IMG/VR virus record: IMGVR_UViG_3300049733_000582
Reading direction: 5' to 3' (one strand)
Length of the DNA stretch: 20,000 nt
Source: an uncultured virus (IMG/VR IMGVR_UViG_3300049733_000582)
Taxonomy: Duplodnaviria > Heunggongvirae > Uroviricota > Caudoviricetes
Shown here: positions 16,142 through 20,000 of the stretch, one piece after another
Position numbering within the stretch: position 1 is the first letter of the stretch
Layout: the number at the start of each line of letters is the position of its first letter
Made by a program: the position numbers and the translations under genes
The notes under the pieces: generated by a model
Databases searched by the model: none
What the model was told of the DNA's origin: nothing
What the model saw: the letters and a program-made list of their open reading frames with translations, nothing else

Positions 16142-16189
16142 AATAGTGGATAGGCAAGGGCGAGGGGACGGGAAGATAGGAGGTTCGAC

Positions 16190-17107
16190 GTGGCGCACGA
16201 ATTCGAGAGCGGGATGTTCGTCGGGCAGGGTGCGTGGCATCGGCTCGGCGTGGTCCTTCAGGAGCCCCCGACGGTGGAGGAGGCGATCCAGGTCGCGGGC
16301 CTGGACTGGACGGTCGAGCTCGAGCCGGTCTATCTCAGCGACGGCCGGATGGTCAGCGAGCGCCGCGCTGTCGTGCGCTCCTCGGACCGGTCGGTCCTGG
16401 GGACCGTCGGACCGGAATACGAGCCGCTTCAGAATCACGAGGCCTTCGCTTGGTTCAACCCGTTCCTCGCGGAGCGCAACGTGGCCCTCGAGACGGCCGG
16501 GAGTCTCCGGGGTGGCCGCCGGGTCTGGGTGCAGGCGCGGGTTCGGGACGAGGCTGCCGAGGTGGCTCCGGGCGACGTGGTCCGGCCCTTCCTGCTCCTC
16601 TACACCGGCCACGACGGCACCCTCTCGGTCGGCGTGCAGTTCTCGGTAACCCGTGTCGTCTGCATGAACACGCTCCGGGCCGCTCGCGGCGAGGGCGGGA
16701 TCATCAAGGTCCGGCACACGGCGGCCGTGCGCGAGGGCCTCGCGGCGGTGCGGGAGACGGTGGACCTGGTCCGGCGGACCTTCTCCGCGTCGGTCGAGCA
16801 GTACCGCGCCATGCAGCGGCGCGCGCTCGGAGTGGAGGGGTTGGAGGCCTACATCCGGAAGGTGCTCGAGGTCCCCGCGGACGCCGAGAAGCTCCCGCGC
16901 GCCTGGGACCAGATCCTCGAGAACTTCGAGGCGGGCGCTGGCGCCGAGACCCATCGGGGGACGGTCTGGGGCGCCTACAACGCGGTGACCGAGTGGACAG
17001 GGTCCCAGCGGGGGAAGGACGAGGAGAGCCGGCTCGATTCGACCTGGTTCGGGACGGCCGCGGGGATCCGCGGACGCGCGCACGAGGAAGCGGTCGCGCT
17101 GCTGTAG
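16190..17107 (+). CDS. DUF932 / phage-plasmid-like protein (TIGR03299 family), 305 aa
   Basis: AWHRLG, AGLDWTV, LGTVGPEYEPLQNHEAF, ETAGSLRGGRRVW, HDGT, RVVCMNTL, RHT and GTVWGAYNAVTEW are hallmark motifs. Confidence 0.92.
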   Translation: MAHEFESGMFVGQGAWHRLGVVLQEPPTVEEAIQVAGLDWTVELEPVYLSDGRMVSERRAVVRSSDRSVLGTVGPEYEPLQNHEAFAWFNPFLAERNVALETAGSLRGGRRVWVQARVRDEAAEVAPGDVVRPFLLLYTGHDGTLSVGVQFSVTRVVCMNTLRAARGEGGIIKVRHTAAVREGLAAVRETVDLVRRTFSASVEQYRAMQRRALGVEGLEAYIRKVLEVPADAEKLPRAWDQILENFEAGAGAETHRGTVWGAYNAVTEWTGSQRGKDEESRLDSTWFGTAAGIRGRAHEEAVALL

Positions 17108-17162
17108 AGGCATGCGGGTCCGGCGCGGCGAGGAGCCCGCCGGACCCCTGAGGAGGATAGGG

Positions 17163-17822
17163 ATGGAAACGCGAACGATCACGACCAGGAGAGGGAGGAC
17201 GGTCGAGTCCCCCTACAGCGACGAGGTCGCGGTGACTCGCCTACGGGCCCTGATCCAGGAGGGCGCGCTCGACTCGCAGTTCGCGCGCGATCTCGCCTAC
17301 AACCGGAACCTGACCGAGGAGCAGGCCGCATGGGTGCACGTCCTGGTCTGCGAGCACGAGCGGCCGCCCGCGCGCCCGACCGTAGGGACCACGCTCAGCC
17401 CGCTCATCCGCTTCTTCGACACGGCCGCCCAGAAGCTTCGGACGCCGCGGGTGACCTTTCAGCTCCCCGCGCTCAAGATCGAGGTCTCGCGCGCCGGTTC
17501 GAAGAGTAAGTACCCGGGCGCCCTCAACGTCACCGACGGGGGCGCCTATGGCGCCAACGTCTGGTACGGACGGGTCGAGCTCGACGGCAGCTTCACCCCG
17601 AGTCGGGCGATGAGGGACGAGGTCGCGGAGGTCCTCCAGGCCTTCGCCGCGGACCCGGCCGGCTATGCGGGGGAGTATGGGCGGAAGAGCGGCCGCTGCT
17701 GCTTCTGTGGAACCGGTCTCACGAACGACGGGAGCCTTGCGGTCGGCTACGGGCCGATCTGCGCGAAGAAGTTCGGTCTCCCCTGGACCCCGAAGGCGGC
17801 GCGGGAGGCGCGGGTCGCATGA
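17163..17822 (+). CDS. DUF6011-type C-terminal zinc-finger phage protein, 219 aa
   Basis: GAGGAGG RBS precedes ATG 17163. C-terminal GRCCFCGTGLTNDGSLAVGYGPICAKK matches the C..C...LT...S...G.GP.C pattern. Confidence 0.8.
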   Translation: METRTITTRRGRTVESPYSDEVAVTRLRALIQEGALDSQFARDLAYNRNLTEEQAAWVHVLVCEHERPPARPTVGTTLSPLIRFFDTAAQKLRTPRVTFQLPALKIEVSRAGSKSKYPGALNVTDGGAYGANVWYGRVELDGSFTPSRAMRDEVAEVLQAFAADPAGYAGEYGRKSGRCCFCGTGLTNDGSLAVGYGPICAKKFGLPWTPKAAREARVA

Positions 17823-18616
17823 ACCTCCCGGAGAAGTACCGCCCGAAGACGCTCGAGGACCTCCGCGGTCAGGAGCGGGTCGTGACGATCCTCCGGAAGA
17901 AGGCCGCGAGTCCGACCCCGGAGGCGCTGCTCTTCACTGGCGCCACGGGGACCGGGAAGACGTCCGCGGCGCTCGCCTACGCCCGCGAGCTCGGGGTGGA
18001 AGTGGACAAGGCTGACCTCGGGGGGCTGTTCGAGCTGGCCTCGGGGGAGCAGACCGGGGAAAGCGTGCGGGCCCTGTTCCGGAAGCTTGCCTTCGTCCCG
18101 ATGAACCGGACCGGCTGGAAGGTCGCGATCGTGAACGAGTGCGACTCCATGAGCCCAGGCGCCGCGATCGTCTGGCTCGACGCCCTCGAGAAGATCCCGG
18201 GGAAGACGGTCCTGATCTTCACCACGAACAACCCGAACGCGCTGCAACAGCGCTTCCTGGACCGCTGCTCGATGCTCCCGTTCAACGCGACCGGCGACCG
18301 GGTCAAGGCTGACGCGGAGCGGTTGGTCGCGGACGTCTGGGCGCGCGAGGGCGGGCAGGGCCGGGCGCCGAGCCTCAAGGACTTGGGCGTCGTGGACCGG
18401 CAGGGCTACGTGAGCTTCCGGCGCGCGCTCCAGCAGCTCGGGACCGCGCTCCTGGCCGGCCCGGTCTCAGAGCCGGCTACCGGCCCCGCATCGTCCTTAC
18501 TCGATCGGGTCCGGCGTGGGCGCGGGGAGGGGCGCTCCTGGAAGAGCCTCGAGGTCGAGCTCGGGATCCCGTGGCAACGGCTGATGTGCTCGCTCCGGGG
18601 GGCGGATGCGGCGTAG
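17819..18616 (+). CDS. Clamp-loader-clade AAA+ ATPase (DnaX/RFC/MgsA-like), truncated, with possible C-terminal HTH, 265 aa
   Basis: EKYRPKTLEDLRGQ (RFC box II), Walker A GATGTGKTS, variant Walker B AIVNECD, sensor-1 IFTTN, and DRC in place of SRC. ATGA overlap with the previous gene. Confidence 0.85.
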   Translation: MNLPEKYRPKTLEDLRGQERVVTILRKKAASPTPEALLFTGATGTGKTSAALAYARELGVEVDKADLGGLFELASGEQTGESVRALFRKLAFVPMNRTGWKVAIVNECDSMSPGAAIVWLDALEKIPGKTVLIFTTNNPNALQQRFLDRCSMLPFNATGDRVKADAERLVADVWAREGGQGRAPSLKDLGVVDRQGYVSFRRALQQLGTALLAGPVSEPATGPASSLLDRVRRGRGEGRSWKSLEVELGIPWQRLMCSLRGADAA

Positions 18617-18755
18617 GGCGGGCGGACCTTCCGCTTTGAATTCCGGCGCATAGAATCCGGCGCTGAAGCCCTGGGGTTAGAACGCGACTCGAGCCTGACC
18701 CGCCCCTTCATCCAGGACTTCCGACGGGCCGGGTTCCTAGATGGGGAAGTTCACC

Positions 18756-20000
18756 ATGACGACACGCCTATCTTGCATCGCCGCAGCGGTTCTTCTCACG
18801 GTGGAGGCCCATGCCCAGTACTCGGGGCAGTTCATCTGGAGGAGTCGGTCCGGCGGTGGGCCCAGTCCTCGTCAGTACCATGCAATGGCCTATGACTCAA
18901 CTCGTGGAAGATCGGTGCTTTTCGGCGGCCTGTCGCCAACTGCACCCAGCTATCGCAACGACACCTGGGAGTGGGACGGAACGAACTGGACCCAGCGTTC
19001 TCCTTCCAATGCCCCGCCGGCGCGGCATGCTCACGCCCTAGCGTACGACTCCGCTCGAGGCCGAGTATTGCTCTTCGGCGGAAACGACGGCAATCGGCTG
19101 AACGACACGTGGGAGTGGGACGGGACAAACTGGACCCAGAAACTTCCCTCCACCAGCCCTCCGATTCGCGATTATTCCGCGATGGCGTACGATTCGGCAC
19201 GGGATCGCGTTGTTCTGTTCGGTGGGAACAACACAACCTACGGTCCACTGGCCGACACCTGGGAGTGGGACGGAACGAACTGGACCCAGCGTTTCGTCGG
19301 CGGCTTTCCTCCGGCGCGGCACGAGCACGCTCTCGCCTATGACTCGCTCCGAGGCAAGACGGTGCTCTTTGGGGGCACCCAGGGGGGGACCTACTACAAC
19401 GATACGTGGGAATGGGACGGAACCGCTTGGGCCTTACGCGCAGCCGGCCCTCCGGCGAGTCGTAGTCATGCCCTGGCGTTCTCGGTTGCCAGGAGGCGAA
19501 CCATCCTCTTCGGAGGATACGGGCCGAGCCACTCCGGTGAAGAAACATGGGAATGGGACGGCACGCGGTGGGATCGACGCGTCACCTACTGTAGTTGTCC
19601 CTGTGTTCCCTCGCCGACAGGGCGCTACGGCCACGCGCTCGCTTACGACGCGGCCCGGGCACGTACAGTTCTCTTCGGTGGTTACAGCAGCACCTATCTC
19701 AACGAAACGTGGGAGTACGAATCTCTCGATCAACCGCCATCTTGCTCGACGCTGGGACGGGGTCACTGCGCCACCGGCAGCCTTTTCTTCACCTGCTCAA
19801 CCCCGCCGCGCATCGGCACGAACTTCTGCTCGACCTTCTCGGATCCGGGCCAAGCGGGCTTCCACCTGCTCTATATCAGCATTCCGCCTTCGCCTGGAAT
19901 CCCGTTCAGCTCACCCGCGATCTGTAGCAGCGGCTACCTCTATGCCTTCCCACCGATCATCGTCCTCCAATTCGTTGGAAACCCGGCGGTTTTATGCGTA
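18756..20000 (+). CDS. Secreted Kelch-repeat (six-bladed beta-propeller) protein, 3' end outside window; probably a host gene (alternative start 18741)
   Basis: Manual translation is open to the window end. Signal peptide MTTRLSCIAAAVLLTVEAHA-Q, then six repeats of R..HA(M/L)AYDS.R.R.VLFGG....NDTWEWDG..W, then a Cys-containing C-terminal domain. Absent from the ORF track because no stop lies in the window. Confidence 0.9.
   Translation, partial: MTTRLSCIAAAVLLTVEAHAQYSGQFIWRSRSGGGPSPRQYHAMAYDSTRGRSVLFGGLSPTAPSYRNDTWEWDGTNWTQRSPSNAPPARHAHALAYDSARGRVLLFGGNDGNRLNDTWEWDGTNWTQKLPSTSPPIRDYSAMAYDSARDRVVLFGGNNTTYGPLADTWEWDGTNWTQRFVGGFPPARHEHALAYDSLRGKTVLFGGTQGGTYYNDTWEWDGTAWALRAAGPPASRSHALAFSVARRRTILFGGYGPSHSGEETWEWDGTRWDRRVTYCSCPCVPSPTGRYGHALAYDAARARTVLFGGYSSTYLNETWEYESLDQPPSCSTLGRGHCATGSLFFTCSTPPRIGTNFCSTFSDPGQAGFHLLYISIPPSPGIPFSSPAICSSGYLYAFPPIIVLQFVGNPAVLCV

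Larger units (their letters stand above)
1..18616 (+). mobile_element. Probable prophage, right-hand portion (tail module, accessory genes, early-type genes); left end lies outside the window
   Basis: Co-directional genes with TGATG/ATGA/GTGA overlaps. The order tape measure > Dit-like > BR0599 > NlpC/P60 > gpJ-like is typical of siphoviruses, and DUF932, DUF6011 and HslV-like phage genes follow. No integrase or att site is visible, so the right boundary is inferred. Confidence 0.85.

Noticed and set aside
17819..18616. Calling this gene host dnaX or rarA
   Set aside because: Too short, lacks the DnaX Zn module and collar and the RarA C-terminal domain, has a variant Walker B, and is coupled to phage genes.
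19382..19388. G7 run in the Kelch gene
   Set aside because: Short and in frame (Gln-Gly-Gly), so no evidence of phase variation.
18950..19720. Regularly spaced TGGGA(G/A)TGGGACGG repeats resembling a CRISPR array
   Set aside because: The period is about 140-165 bp, the repeats are in frame and encode WEWDG of Kelch blades, the intervening sequences are homologous to each other, and no cas genes are present.

Overview
High-GC window holding the right-hand part of a probable prophage (about 1-18616), followed by a probable host gene. Bases 1-11081 are a tightly coupled siphovirus tail module: tape-measure C-terminus, several virion proteins, a 1042-aa distal-tail-like protein flanked by two LamG/ConA-like domains, a BR0599/DUF2163 hub protein, an NlpC/P60 protein, a tail-tip/gpJ-like protein split by a frameshift at a G13 run, and a short fibre-like protein. 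Bases 11078-15899 are an accessory region. It contains a lower-GC, opposite-strand class III nucleotidyl-cyclase-like gene, divergent from a small protein with SAVED/CARF-like C-terminal motifs. It also contains two putative lipoproteins, an HslV/proteasome-beta-like Ntn peptidase, a 59-aa HicB-like ORF missing from the ORF track, and a Zn-finger protein. A near-consensus sigma70 promoter containing a perfect 16-bp palindrome precedes a three-gene unit: DUF932, a DUF6011 Zn-finger protein and a truncated clamp-loader-like AAA+ ATPase with a possible HTH. The window ends in a secreted Kelch-repeat protein, also missing from the ORF track. All family calls come from motif recognition by eye; no searches were run.
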